This document shows positions 50,801-59,788 of a stretch of DNA of 64,000 bases, piece after piece. The stretch is from Negativicutes bacterium. GTDB lineage: Bacteria; Bacillota; Negativicutes; UBA1444. The notes under the pieces are model-generated. The model ran no database searches, was not told the origin of the DNA, and was given only the letters and a program-made list of their open reading frames with translations. The translations under genes and the position numbers were made by a program. Position 1 is the first letter of the stretch; every line of letters begins with the position of its first letter. The DNA lies in the NCBI GenBank assembly GCA_963665275.2, contig CAXXIN010000012.1, forward strand, positions 32,001 to 96,000, given 5' to 3'.

Positions 50801-51305
50801 GACCGCCGCCGCCCAAAACCGCCTTGATCATGATCGGGAACCCATGCCTGGACGTGAAGTCCCTGACTTCTTCCAGGCTGGCAACAGGTCCGTCAGTTCC
50901 CGGAATCATCGGGATTCCGGCGTTTTTCGCCTGGATCCGGGCATTGATTTTATCACCGAACATGGTCAAATGACGCAGCTCAGGCCCGATAAAAATCAGG
51001 TTTTCTTCTGCACAGCGTTTGGCCAGCTGCGCATTTTCGGCGAGAAAACCATATCCGGGGTGAATGGCGTCCACATTATTTTCTTTCGCAATTTTCAGGA
51101 TTCCTTCAATGTCCAGATACGCCTCAATGGGGCCCTTCCCCTCGCCGATCAGATAGGTTTCGTCCGCTTTGTAACGATGCAGGGACAAAACATCCTCCTG
51201 CGAATAAATAGCCACGGTTCGAATCCCCAGCTCGGTGCAGGCCCGAAAGACACGTATGGCTATTTCGCCGCGATTCGCAACCAACACCGTTTTAATTCTG
51301 TTCAT
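47859..51305 (-). CDS. pyc: Pyruvate carboxylase
   Basis: ANRGEIA, RDCSVQRRHQK, RDAHQSL, KDMAG, HTHD, biotin motif EAMKM; 1148 aa. Confidence 0.98.
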   Translation of the reverse strand: MNRIKTVLVANRGEIAIRVFRACTELGIRTVAIYSQEDVLSLHRYKADETYLIGEGKGPIEAYLDIEGILKIAKENNVDAIHPGYGFLAENAQLAKRCAEENLIFIGPELRHLTMFGDKINARIQAKNAGIPMIPGTDGPVASLEEVRDFTSRHGFPIMIKAVLGGGGRGMRVVRDAESLEGLYNQARSEAKASFGSDEVYLEKLLENPRHIEVQILGDQYGNIVHLYERDCSVQRRHQKLVEVAPAALPDSLRLDICQAAVRLMQNVGYVNAGTVEFLVTPEHQFYFIEVNPRVQVEHTITEMVTGIDIVQSQLLIADGYALHGDEIGIPAQELIHCYGHAIQCRVTTEDPANNFLPDTGKLTTYRSGGGFGLRLDGSNAFTGSVITPYYDSLLVKAMTWGLTRKAAIAKMQRCLGEFRIRGVKTNIPFLANVVGHEKFLQGSYDTSFVDSSPELFVFPDRKDRATKLLKYLGNITVNGYEGISRKEKTAYQTPRMPEVPVGEAPSGTKQILDERGVGGLISWIKAQDKVLLTDTTLRDAHQSLLATRVRSRDIIDIIEPTSSLMPQLFSLEMWGGATFDVAYRFLHEDPWERLAVLRKKSPNILFQMLLRSANAVGYTNYPDNVVRNFVAESAAAGIDVFRIFDSLNWLDSMRVAIEAVRESGKVAEAALCYTGDILNPDRSKYDLKYYVNMAKEMETAGAHILGIKDMAGLLKPEAAYQLVSAIKDAVDIPVHLHTHDTSGNGVYTYARAIDAGVDIVDVSISSLAGMTSQPSANSLYYALSGHKRQPDAEILGLNELSHYWEDVRSYYADFDAKLFSPNPEVYEHEMPGGQYSNLKQQAKALGLEPRWEEVKKMYRRVNDLFGDIVKVTPSSKVVGDMALFMVENGLSEDDIYAKGDRLNFPQSVVEFFEGQIGQPYQGFPEKLQAIILKGKKPLDCRPGELMAPVDFDALRVAVGAIPHRDVTEKDVLSYALYPKVFKEWVGFMQEYGDMSMLDTPTFFYGMLPGEEISVDIQQGKTLNIRLLSVGAPDAAGVRVVSFELNGSVRETLIKDKAVETTVAERRKADPANPEHVAATMSGSVVKVMVQTGAKVKKGTPLVATEAMKMETSIQAPIHGFVKEIFVKPGDSIESGDLLLELSRPDAG

Positions 51306-51360
51306 TTCAAGCCCACTCCTTTTGCTTCATTTTCAGGCGCGCCTTGCAACACACTTTTAA

Positions 51361-51389
51361 AGTCTACCACAAATATTTTTCCGCCTCAA
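51361..51389 (-). promoter_or_regulatory. SigmaA promoter of pyc
   Basis: TTGAGG-N17-TAGACT with extended -10 TG. Confidence 0.55.
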
Positions 51390-51669
51390 GAAAAAAAAAC
51401 ACCGAAATGTCCGTATTTCATTTCGTGATAATTGATGTTTTTATTAAAAAAATACCTTACTCAAATCCACAATTTTTCTTTGTAAAATTTGACTTTAATG
51501 CGTTTTTTTATTCGCGCCATTATTTATTTTTTCTTGAATTTTCTTTGCGGAAATTTCCTTAATTCAAAAAAAGTTGCCGTATAACCAGCAATCGTTTCTC
51601 CCACGTAACACACCCAGCCATTTTTCACACTTTAACAATATTATCGACGCGCCCGCCTAATCCAGAGCG

Positions 51670-51713
51670 AAAAAATGCCTGGTATGGGTTTTTTCCCTAC
51701 CAGGCATTTTTTT
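51670..51713 (-). terminator. Intrinsic terminator of the urt-amidase-M20 operon
   Basis: AAAAAATGCCTGGTA...TACCAGGCATTTTTT. Confidence 0.82.
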
Positions 51714-51725
51714 GCTCTATTATTT

Positions 51726-53030
51726 TTACTCCAGCTTGAAATCTTCCTGCGGCACTTTCCCCAATTCCAGAAATATCGCCGCATATCCGGCAATCGCTTT
51801 TCCCATGTAATCAGTGCGGACTTTATCAATCGGCCGATGGCAGTAAAACTCCTGCATGGGAGAATAACCGATAGCCGGTTTCTGGTCGCGCCCGCAGATA
51901 ACGGAAAGGTCAGTGCCGAAATCCCAGTAGCCGTATTTGACCGGCTGGTCGACCTGAGTCAGGCCCGACGCTGCCGCCTTGACGAAGGGATGGGACGAGT
52001 CAATCTTCCAGGGCTGCTTCACGTTCGGGATCGTGGCCGATTGGCCGGTATAGGAAGTCCGGGGCACGGCCGCGATCTCCACCTTCGCCCGGAAATCTTT
52101 ATCGCTGGCCGCCAATTCGTCAATAACGCTCTGGATTTGTTTCACGCAATCCTCAGCCGATTCACCCGGAACCATCCGCCGATCATAAGTGATATGGCAA
52201 CGGTCCGGCACGATGCACATCGCCCCCGGCGTACAGCTGATGATCGTCAGGGCGATGCTCGATTTGCCGAGCTGCGGATCCTCAAGCGCGTTCGCCGCCA
52301 CGACCTGTTCCACCCGGTCAATGAAGGCTGTCGCTTTGTTCACTGCATTGACGCCGAGCCACGGCGCGCTGCCGTGCGAGGTCACGCCTTCGATCGTCAC
52401 CAGCAGTTCGACCCGCCCCCGATGCCCCAGATAGAGTTTGAGCGAAGTCGCTTCGCAGGAAACAACGCCGTCATAGTCCAGCCCCCGGCCTGGCAAAGTT
52501 TCATCAATCAGTTTGATCATGCCGAGCTGTTCGGCTGGTTCTTCCAATACGACGCCCGTAAACATGTAATTGCCGTAGAGATCCTGACCCTGCTCCCGCA
52601 GCTTCAGCAGCAAGGCTCCAGCGTAAACCTGACAGGCTCCGCCGCCTTTCACATCGGAGGCGGCCCGGCCATGAATGACTTCAACCTGCTCCGTCCCGGT
52701 GCGGTCCTGATTCTCCATCTCATCGATATCGAGGGCTGCGCCGTAGGGGTCATAACCCAACCATTCGGAGTGATCGCCTGGCGCCACATGATCCAGATGG
52801 GCATTGTACATGATCGTCGGGCCCGGTTGGTTCCCCCGGACAATCCCCACGACACTGCCCCATTCATCCCGGAACACTTCGTCATAGCCAAGCTTCTCCA
52901 TCTCGGCCAGATACAGATCCGCTACGCCCTTTTCCTCACCCGGCAACGCCGGTACCCTGATCAGCCGGCGACAAAACTCCACTGCCGCCGGTTTCAGCTC
53001 GGCGGCAAGTTTATTCAACTCACTCGACAT
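51726..53030 (-). CDS. M20 metallo-amidohydrolase, YgeY-like (paralogue of 44035-45255)
   Basis: HLDHV, GRAASDVKGG, EEPAE, GHRGRVE, HGSAPW.G.NA, WDFGTD, IGYSPM. Confidence 0.88.
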   Translation of the reverse strand: MSSELNKLAAELKPAAVEFCRRLIRVPALPGEEKGVADLYLAEMEKLGYDEVFRDEWGSVVGIVRGNQPGPTIMYNAHLDHVAPGDHSEWLGYDPYGAALDIDEMENQDRTGTEQVEVIHGRAASDVKGGGACQVYAGALLLKLREQGQDLYGNYMFTGVVLEEPAEQLGMIKLIDETLPGRGLDYDGVVSCEATSLKLYLGHRGRVELLVTIEGVTSHGSAPWLGVNAVNKATAFIDRVEQVVAANALEDPQLGKSSIALTIISCTPGAMCIVPDRCHITYDRRMVPGESAEDCVKQIQSVIDELAASDKDFRAKVEIAAVPRTSYTGQSATIPNVKQPWKIDSSHPFVKAAASGLTQVDQPVKYGYWDFGTDLSVICGRDQKPAIGYSPMQEFYCHRPIDKVRTDYMGKAIAGYAAIFLELGKVPQEDFKLE

Positions 53031-53043
53031 GGTTATCCCTCCG

Positions 53044-53247
53044 TTACTTGGTCGGCGGTTTCAGTGAAAATACCGATGCGGGCGCCAGCTCCGCCGGAAA
53101 CTCTTGCGCCGCCGCGCGCACCGCCGCCAATAATCCCGCCACTTCTTTCGCATATTGGGGAAGGTGTGCGTCAATCGCAGGGTTCACCGTTCGACCGGAT
53201 AGCTCGACTGTCATGCTGCGCAGTGTACTTACTTCCACAATCCACAC
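53044..53247 (-). CDS. Small protein, possible AtzG/HpxX/GatC-like amidase partner
   Basis: About 65 aa filling the amidase-M20 gap; ends PAELAPASVF; start codon uncertain. Confidence 0.6.
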   Translation of the reverse strand: MWIVEVSTLRSMTVELSGRTVNPAIDAHLPQYAKEVAGLLAAVRAAAQEFPAELAPASVFSLKPPTK

Positions 53248-54653
53248 TTCCTCTCGCTGATTTCCGGGTGCGCCTGTTCATAGGCATAAGCCACTTGAAA
53301 CACTTGATTTTCCGCAAACGGTTTCCCCTGAATCTGAAACCCGATCGGCAAGTCCCCGGCAGCAAATCCGCACGGCAGCGACAGCACCGGGTGCCCGTTG
53401 AAATCGCCAAGGGAGGTCAAAAACATCAGTACCGCATTCACACGGGGATCTACCGCGTCGTTGCCGAACATCACCGTTTTTTCACCGATGGGGAAAGCCG
53501 GCATAATGACGGTGGGCGACAAGAACACATCAATCTCCTGATAAACCTCCGCCCAGATCTGTCGGTCCTTGTTGCGCAGCCGTTGCGCGTTGACATAAGC
53601 CGACGCTGGCAGGTACTGGCCCTTCTCGAGTCGATATCGGATACTGGGGCCGTATTTCTCGCCGCAGTTCTCCAAATTCTGTTCGTGGTAAGCATAGGCT
53701 TCCGCCATCGTGAGAACGCTGCCGATATTGAACGCATCCCTGTTTGGATAAGACAGTTCCTTCAAAACAGCGCCATTAGCCTCGAACCATTGGAGTACCT
53801 GTAAAAAAGCCTGCTCGACTTCCGGTTGCAGCAAACCCTCATAATAACGCGGGCAAATTCCAACTCGCAGACCTTTGACGCCGGGATTATTTTGATCCAG
53901 CCCAACCGTATAATCCTGGGCGGCTACATTAGCAGATCCCGCATCGATTTCATCATAGCCAGCCATGACATTCAGTACGGCAGCGGCATCCCATACGGAC
54001 TGCGCCAGCGGTCCGGCGTGGTCCATCGACCAGCTCAGGGGAATGATCCCCCGCTTGCTCACCCGGCCATACGTCGGTTTGATGCCGACCACGCCGCAGA
54101 AGGAAGCAGGAATCCTTATCGACCCGCCGGTATCCGTTCCCAGCGAAAAAACCGAACTGGCGGCAGCCACCGATGCCGCCGATCCCCCGCTGGAGCCGCC
54201 GGTTACCATGCGGGAATCCCACGGGTTGCGACAGGGACCGAAGTGGTCATTCTCACTGGTCGTGCCATAGGCGAATTCATGCAGGTTGTTTTTGCCGACC
54301 AGAATGGCCCCGGCTTCTTCCATCCCTTCAATCACGGCAGCATTCGAATCCGGTATGTTGTCGGCCAGAATCGCCGATCCCGCCGTTGTCCGCACGCCCC
54401 GAGTCATATACAGATCTTTGGCTGAGTACGGGATTCCATGTAGCGGGCCGCGGTAACGCCCCTGCAGGATTTCTTTTTCCGCCTGCGCCGCTTTTTGCAG
54501 CGCCGGCTCAGCTGTCACCGTAATATAAGCGTTAAGTACGGGTTCAGTTGCTTCGATGCGTTGCAGACATTCCCGGGTCAGCTCCACCGGCGATATTGTT
54601 TTTGCTTGCAGCAGCGGCGCCAATTCCCGGATAGATTTTTGCATTAGCGACAT
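53229..54653 (-). CDS. Amidase-signature family enzyme (GatA/AtzE-like)
   Basis: GPLHGIP...KD, GGSSGGS, GTDTGGSIRIPAS. Confidence 0.93.
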   Translation of the reverse strand: MSLMQKSIRELAPLLQAKTISPVELTRECLQRIEATEPVLNAYITVTAEPALQKAAQAEKEILQGRYRGPLHGIPYSAKDLYMTRGVRTTAGSAILADNIPDSNAAVIEGMEEAGAILVGKNNLHEFAYGTTSENDHFGPCRNPWDSRMVTGGSSGGSAASVAAASSVFSLGTDTGGSIRIPASFCGVVGIKPTYGRVSKRGIIPLSWSMDHAGPLAQSVWDAAAVLNVMAGYDEIDAGSANVAAQDYTVGLDQNNPGVKGLRVGICPRYYEGLLQPEVEQAFLQVLQWFEANGAVLKELSYPNRDAFNIGSVLTMAEAYAYHEQNLENCGEKYGPSIRYRLEKGQYLPASAYVNAQRLRNKDRQIWAEVYQEIDVFLSPTVIMPAFPIGEKTVMFGNDAVDPRVNAVLMFLTSLGDFNGHPVLSLPCGFAAGDLPIGFQIQGKPFAENQVFQVAYAYEQAHPEISERKCGLWK

Positions 54654-54693
54654 GTCATCGGCTCCTTCCACGGTATTGATCCATTCGACTTAA

Positions 54694-55389
54694 TTATACC
54701 GTAAGATACCGATGAATGACTTCATCCGACAATTCTTCCGTTGCTCCGCAAGCAACAATTTCGCCTTTTTGTATCACAATGAAGCGATCCGCCAGTTTCT
54801 TGGCAAACTTCAGATTTTGTTCCACGATCACGATCGGAATCTGCATCGCCTTGTGGATGCGTTTCAAAATATTGCCGATCTCCGCCACCACATTCGGTTG
54901 AATTCCTTCGGTCGGTTCATCCAAAAGCAATGTTTTCGGATGGCTCATCAGCGCGCGGGCGATGGCCAGCTGTTGCTGCTGCCCGCCGGAGAGCACGCCG
55001 CCCTTGCGGTGCAGATGTTCAGGCAGGATCGGAAAATAGTCGAATACTTCCTCCATCCGTTCTTTGACCTCGCTCGTGTGCGCCAGGGCGCCAAGTTCCA
55101 GATTTTCTTTGACAGTCAGATTGGGAATGATCTCTCGTCCCTGCGGCACATAGGCAATCCCGCTGCAGGCCCGTTCGTAGGCTTTCATCTTCGTCAGGTT
55201 GACACTGCCGAGACTGATAGACCCCGTCTGCATCGGCAACAGTCCAATCATGCTTTTGAGCAGAGTCGTCTTGCCAACGCCATTGCGGCCGAGAATCGCC
55301 AGTTTCTCCGTGGAATCGACAGCGAAAGAGACTTTGTTCACGATACGGCTTTTGCCGTAACTGACCGAAACCGCGTTCACTTCCAGCAT
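54694..55389 (-). CDS. urtE: Urea/amide ABC ATPase UrtE
   Basis: GRNGVGKTT, YVPQGREI, LSGGQQQQLAI, DEPTEGIQP. Confidence 0.92.
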   Translation of the reverse strand: MLEVNAVSVSYGKSRIVNKVSFAVDSTEKLAILGRNGVGKTTLLKSMIGLLPMQTGSISLGSVNLTKMKAYERACSGIAYVPQGREIIPNLTVKENLELGALAHTSEVKERMEEVFDYFPILPEHLHRKGGVLSGGQQQQLAIARALMSHPKTLLLDEPTEGIQPNVVAEIGNILKRIHKAMQIPIVIVEQNLKFAKKLADRFIVIQKGEIVACGATEELSDEVIHRYLTV

Positions 55390-55390
55390 A

Positions 55391-56143
55391 TTAAGCCACT
55401 TCCTCGTCATCATCTTTCAGATACACTTGCACCACTTTGGGGTTGCGCTTGACCTCGGCAAAGGTTCCCTCCGCCAATACTTTTCCCTGATGCAGCACGG
55501 TCACGGTTTCCGCGATCTGCTCGACAAAATCGATATCATGTTCCACCACGATGACGGTCTTGTCCTTCATCATAGTCTTGATCATTTCGCCGGTTTTATA
55601 GGTTTCATCAGCGGTCATTCCTGCTGTGGGCTCGTCCAGTGTGATCAGTTGGGGCTTCTGGGCAATGACCATGCCCATCTCGAGCCACTGTCGCTCGCCG
55701 TGTGACAGGGAGGTGGAAATCACATCCCGTTTGCCGTATAAATTGATCTGTTCCAGAATTGTTTTGATTTCATCGGCAATCGATTTGTTCTTGCGGTAGA
55801 GAAAGGTCTTCAGGACACTACTGTGCCCTGCCAGCGCCACTTCAACGTTTTCATACACACTGAGAAAATCAAACAGATTGGGCCCCTGAAATTTGCGTCC
55901 CACTTTATATTTCCCGGCAATTTCATGCGGGCTGCAACCAGTGATATCCGCTCCGCCGAGAAATACTTTACCGCTCGTCGGTGCTGTTTTGCCTGTGATC
56001 ATATCGATAATGGTAGTTTTTCCTGCGCCGTTTGGCCCAATGACTACCCGGGTTTCGCCTTTTTCCACTGATAGGGAAACCCGATCCACCGCCAGAAATC
56101 CGCTGAAACTCACGCTCACATCCCGCAATTCCAAGAAAGCCAT
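55391..56143 (-). CDS. urtD: Urea/amide ABC ATPase UrtD
   Basis: GPNGAGKTT, GRKFQ, LSHGERQWLE. Confidence 0.92.
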   Translation of the reverse strand: MAFLELRDVSVSFSGFLAVDRVSLSVEKGETRVVIGPNGAGKTTIIDMITGKTAPTSGKVFLGGADITGCSPHEIAGKYKVGRKFQGPNLFDFLSVYENVEVALAGHSSVLKTFLYRKNKSIADEIKTILEQINLYGKRDVISTSLSHGERQWLEMGMVIAQKPQLITLDEPTAGMTADETYKTGEMIKTMMKDKTVIVVEHDIDFVEQIAETVTVLHQGKVLAEGTFAEVKRNPKVVQVYLKDDDEEVA

Positions 56144-56146
56144 TCC

Positions 56147-57259
56147 TTACACCTTTCCCTTCGCCGTGGCAAAATCGCTTTCCCGCAATCCCACAGAATC
56201 GTCGGTTTGAACCAGTCCCATTTGCCGGTCAATCTTCCGGTTATACTGCCAATCCAGTAAGGTTCCGACCAGCCCTTTGGGGAAGAACATCACGACCGCC
56301 AGCATCGCGGCGCCGAGCAACAACAGCCAGACATTTTCAAATTGCTCGGACAACAGGCTTTCCATCCAGGTGATCAGAAAGGCGCCGACCATGGCGCCGG
56401 TCAGATTGCCCCGGCCGCCAACCGCCAGCCACACCAGTACCGACGTGGAAAAAGCCACGCCGATGTTGCCGGGGGAAATGAAGGAATGGATCGGAATGTA
56501 TAACATGCCGGATAAGCCGGCGATCATGCCCGAAATCACAAAAATCGTCAATTTGAATGCCGCCGGATTGAATCCGAGAAACTGTAGCCGGCTCTCATTA
56601 TCGCGCACCGAACGCAGAATCATGCCGAACCGGCTGTGCGTCAACCAGCGGCAGAAGAGATACACCAACACTCCGACAGCCAGCATCAGATAATAGTGCG
56701 CGGTGATCGACAACGGCTCCGAACCCAGGGTGATCGGCGGCAGTCCGCTGATCCCGTTCGCGCCGCCGGTATATTTCTGCTGATTGTTAAAGAACATTTC
56801 GATCAAAGAGGCCAGGGACAGGGTGATGATGTTAAAGAACACCCCCTTGACCTTGCTGGTGAAAATGAAATAACCGAGCAGGCCTGCCACTACGCCAGGA
56901 ACGACCATTCCCAGCAACACCGCCAACGGGGTGTTTTGCAGTATCTGCATGAACCAGGGAACTTCCGTCACGCCAAATCCGGCCATGAACGCAGGCACTC
57001 CGTCGCGGGCGGCATAAGACAATGCCAGCACATATCCGCCCAAGCCGAAGAACATCGCCTGCCCCAGATTCATCAAGCCCGCACTGCCCCAGAGAATATC
57101 GAGAGACAAAGCAAAGATGATGTACACGATGCATTTGCTCATCATCTCCACCCGGAACAGCGACCCGACCAGTGGAAACCCGATCAGAAAGGCAAACAAC
57201 AGCACGTCGATATATTTGTCCCAGCCAATATTTTTCATTTCCTTCATCATGACGCTCAC
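56147..57259 (-). CDS. urtC: Urea/amide ABC permease UrtC
   Basis: LDILWG, GQAMFFGLGGY, RDNESR, AVGGRG. Confidence 0.92.
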   Translation of the reverse strand: MSVMMKEMKNIGWDKYIDVLLFAFLIGFPLVGSLFRVEMMSKCIVYIIFALSLDILWGSAGLMNLGQAMFFGLGGYVLALSYAARDGVPAFMAGFGVTEVPWFMQILQNTPLAVLLGMVVPGVVAGLLGYFIFTSKVKGVFFNIITLSLASLIEMFFNNQQKYTGGANGISGLPPITLGSEPLSITAHYYLMLAVGVLVYLFCRWLTHSRFGMILRSVRDNESRLQFLGFNPAAFKLTIFVISGMIAGLSGMLYIPIHSFISPGNIGVAFSTSVLVWLAVGGRGNLTGAMVGAFLITWMESLLSEQFENVWLLLLGAAMLAVVMFFPKGLVGTLLDWQYNRKIDRQMGLVQTDDSVGLRESDFATAKGKV

Positions 57260-58116
57260 CTCTTCTCGCTTGTAAACAAGCCTTCCGGCTTGAACCGGAT
57301 CAGTACGATGATAATGAGGAACACCAGGACTTTGGCCGTGATCTCACTGATGTAACCGGCCATCACCGTGACGGATTCGCTGATAACCACCGAGCTGGCG
57401 GCCGTGCCGGCGATGGAGGCGAAGCCTCCCAGCACAACGGTCAGAAATCCATCCACAATGTAATAGGAACCCATCGAAGGCATGACGCTCTTTACCGGCG
57501 CGATCAGCGCTCCCGCCAGGCCCGCCAGGCCGGAACCGCAGGCGAAAGTCAGGGTATCAATCCGTGCGGTATTCACGCCCAGGCATTGCGCCATGCTGCG
57601 ATTCTTCGTCACTGCCCGCAGCTGCATGCCAAAACCAGTCTTGTAAAAGAGCGCCAGCGTGGCCGCGAGGATTCCCAACGCAACCATGATCAGAAAAATG
57701 TTGTAGTGCGGTATCACGATGCCTTGCAATGAAAAATGCCCTTCCATCGGCAGACCAACGAACTTGTCTTCAGGACCGAAGGCCATACGCACCAATTGCT
57801 GCAAAATGATGGAAAGGGCAAAGGTCGCCAGCAGCGTTTCCGCAACTTTTCCATACAAACGCTTGATTAACGTCACTTCAATCACAATACCCATCAGAGC
57901 AGTGACCAGAAACGCCAGCAGCATCGACACAGCAAACGGCAAGTGAAAAACGGTGGTCGCGAAATAGGTAACATACGCACCAATCATGATGAACTCTCCG
58001 TGCGCCATATTGACTACATCCATCAAGCCGAAAATGATCACCAAACCCAATGCCGTGATGAACAACATGGCCGATACGCTCAGTCCGTTGATGCTCTGTG
58101 AAAGGAGAAGTTCCAT
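57256..58116 (-). CDS. urtB: Urea/amide ABC permease UrtB
   Basis: NMAHGEFIMIGAY, ETLLAT. Confidence 0.92.
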   Translation of the reverse strand: MELLLSQSINGLSVSAMLFITALGLVIIFGLMDVVNMAHGEFIMIGAYVTYFATTVFHLPFAVSMLLAFLVTALMGIVIEVTLIKRLYGKVAETLLATFALSIILQQLVRMAFGPEDKFVGLPMEGHFSLQGIVIPHYNIFLIMVALGILAATLALFYKTGFGMQLRAVTKNRSMAQCLGVNTARIDTLTFACGSGLAGLAGALIAPVKSVMPSMGSYYIVDGFLTVVLGGFASIAGTAASSVVISESVTVMAGYISEITAKVLVFLIIIVLIRFKPEGLFTSEKR

Positions 58117-58264
58117 GCACCGATCACTCCCCTACCCTTGATTCATTGTGGCTAAAAGCATTAATGCGCCTGCCAAAAGCTATCATTAAACTTTTGGCAA
58201 GCGCACTTCGTCGTGTCAGATTATCCTATTCGTTTGTAAAAAACCGCTAATTGATTCGAAGAGC

Positions 58265-59461
58265 TTACAGTTCCGGTTTCACCCATTCTTTGGAGCTGTA
58301 TACGATTTCAAACGTTCCGTCGGGTTTGACCTTGCCGATACGGGACTGTAGCCAAGTATGGTTATTGGTCGGATCAACCTTGATTTTCCCTTGCGGCGAT
58401 TCGATTTCCAACCCCTTGAAAGCGCTGAGCAGAGTCGGTCCGTCATAGGCAGTCGCTTTTTCCAATGCTTTGGCCAGCAAATAGACACCATGGTAAGCGC
58501 CTTCAGCCAGATTGGTTACGGTGGTGTTGTCCTGGAATTTACTGTTGTAAGCAGCGACGAACTTCTTACTCGCAGCGGTTTCATCTACCTGGAAGTAATC
58601 GAAAGAGCTGTAGTGTCCGGCTGCGGCTGCCGCGCCGATCCCCTTGACCGTCGCTTCATGGGTCGCGATCGAGCAGATTGGGATATCTTTGGCGGAAAGT
58701 CCGTACTGTTGATATTGTTTGTAGAAAGGAACCACGCTGTCACCGGCGACCGCCGAGAAGATCACATCCGGTTTAGCCTGCTTGATTTTATTGATCAGGG
58801 AGGAGAACTCCGTATGACCCAGCGGTACGAATTCTTCGCCGACGATTTCACCACCGGCTTTCTCCAGCATCGCTTTGGCCTTCTTGACGCTCGTTACGCC
58901 AAACACATAGTCTGAACCGACGAAGAAGACTTTCTTGCCGAGGTTCTTCACGATCCAGGGGATGAAATCAGCGCTCTGCTGGCTGGGAACCGAGTTGGTA
59001 TAGATGACATTGGGGGAAGGTTTTTCACCTTCATAATAAGTATTGTAGACCAACACCGACTTGTTGCGCTCCACATCCGGGATAACGGCCAGGCGGGAGG
59101 CGGAAGAATTGGTGCCGACGGTGGCGACGACTTTGTCCTGCAGAATCAGCTTTTTGATTTTCTCTGTGGCCTTCGCCGGATCAGAAGCGTAATCTTCATA
59201 AACAGGAATCAGTTTTTTGCCTTTGATTCCGCCAGCGGCGTTGATCTCATCGATCGCCATTTTCGCGGCGTTAAGCATCGGCTTTTCCGAAATAGAGAAA
59301 GGCCCGGTGGTCGAGTAAAGCACGCCGATTTTGATTCCATCAGCCGCAGCGGCGTCTGTCCCGCCTTTGGCCGGGGTCGTTTCCGACTTGCCGCAGCCGG
59401 CGAGCACCGTTATTGCCATTGCCGCCACCAAAAGTAATATCAGCCATTTCTTTGTCGCCAT
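58265..59461 (-). CDS. urtA: Urea/amide ABC substrate-binding lipoprotein (UrtA/AmiC family)
   Basis: Lipobox LAGC, S.TG..SISE, SASR, YEGE, GSDYVF; binding specificity uncertain. Confidence 0.88.
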   Translation of the reverse strand: MATKKWLILLLVAAMAITVLAGCGKSETTPAKGGTDAAAADGIKIGVLYSTTGPFSISEKPMLNAAKMAIDEINAAGGIKGKKLIPVYEDYASDPAKATEKIKKLILQDKVVATVGTNSSASRLAVIPDVERNKSVLVYNTYYEGEKPSPNVIYTNSVPSQQSADFIPWIVKNLGKKVFFVGSDYVFGVTSVKKAKAMLEKAGGEIVGEEFVPLGHTEFSSLINKIKQAKPDVIFSAVAGDSVVPFYKQYQQYGLSAKDIPICSIATHEATVKGIGAAAAAGHYSSFDYFQVDETAASKKFVAAYNSKFQDNTTVTNLAEGAYHGVYLLAKALEKATAYDGPTLLSAFKGLEIESPQGKIKVDPTNNHTWLQSRIGKVKPDGTFEIVYSSKEWVKPEL

Positions 59462-59492
59462 CGATTCTTCCTCCTAACGCTATTGCACCTTT

Positions 59493-59538
59493 AAAAACAA
59501 AACAGACTTTGTTCCTGCGAACAAAGCCTCATTGCTTT
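59493..59538 (-). promoter_or_regulatory. ANTAR-type hexaloop hairpin overlapping an intrinsic terminator
   Basis: Minus strand AAAGC-AATGAG-GCTTT; terminator GGCTTTGTTC-GCAG-GAACAAAGTC-TGTTTTGTTTTT. Confidence 0.8.
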
Positions 59539-59788
59539 TACCTGTGTCCATTATATCGGGGCGATTGCCCTGTTGAGATAGATTATAGCATCGTAAAATT
59601 TCAAACACAATAGATGCAGCAAACAAACAACCCTGTGCGGACGCACAATCGATCATAAAACAGATACTATCCGAAAGTATACTATTTATCTTTTCCCAGC
59701 CAGTTTCAGACTCCCGCAATATGGTCATTAATTCCACAAATTTCATCCACAACGATGATTGCCGTATCGGAGTTGTTTTGAATTCGCA

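Noticed and set aside
51391-51427. Hairpin plus T run upstream of the pyc promoter as a riboswitch or ANTAR site
   Set aside because: It lies upstream of the predicted promoter, and its AATGAA is not closed by a stem; likely a secondary terminator
49980-51428. 482-aa plus-strand ORF
   Set aside because: Antisense shadow of pyc with no recognisable domain
51675-53804. 709-aa plus-strand ORF
   Set aside because: Antisense shadow of the M20, small-protein and amidase genes; no motifs or RBS, and it starts inside a terminator
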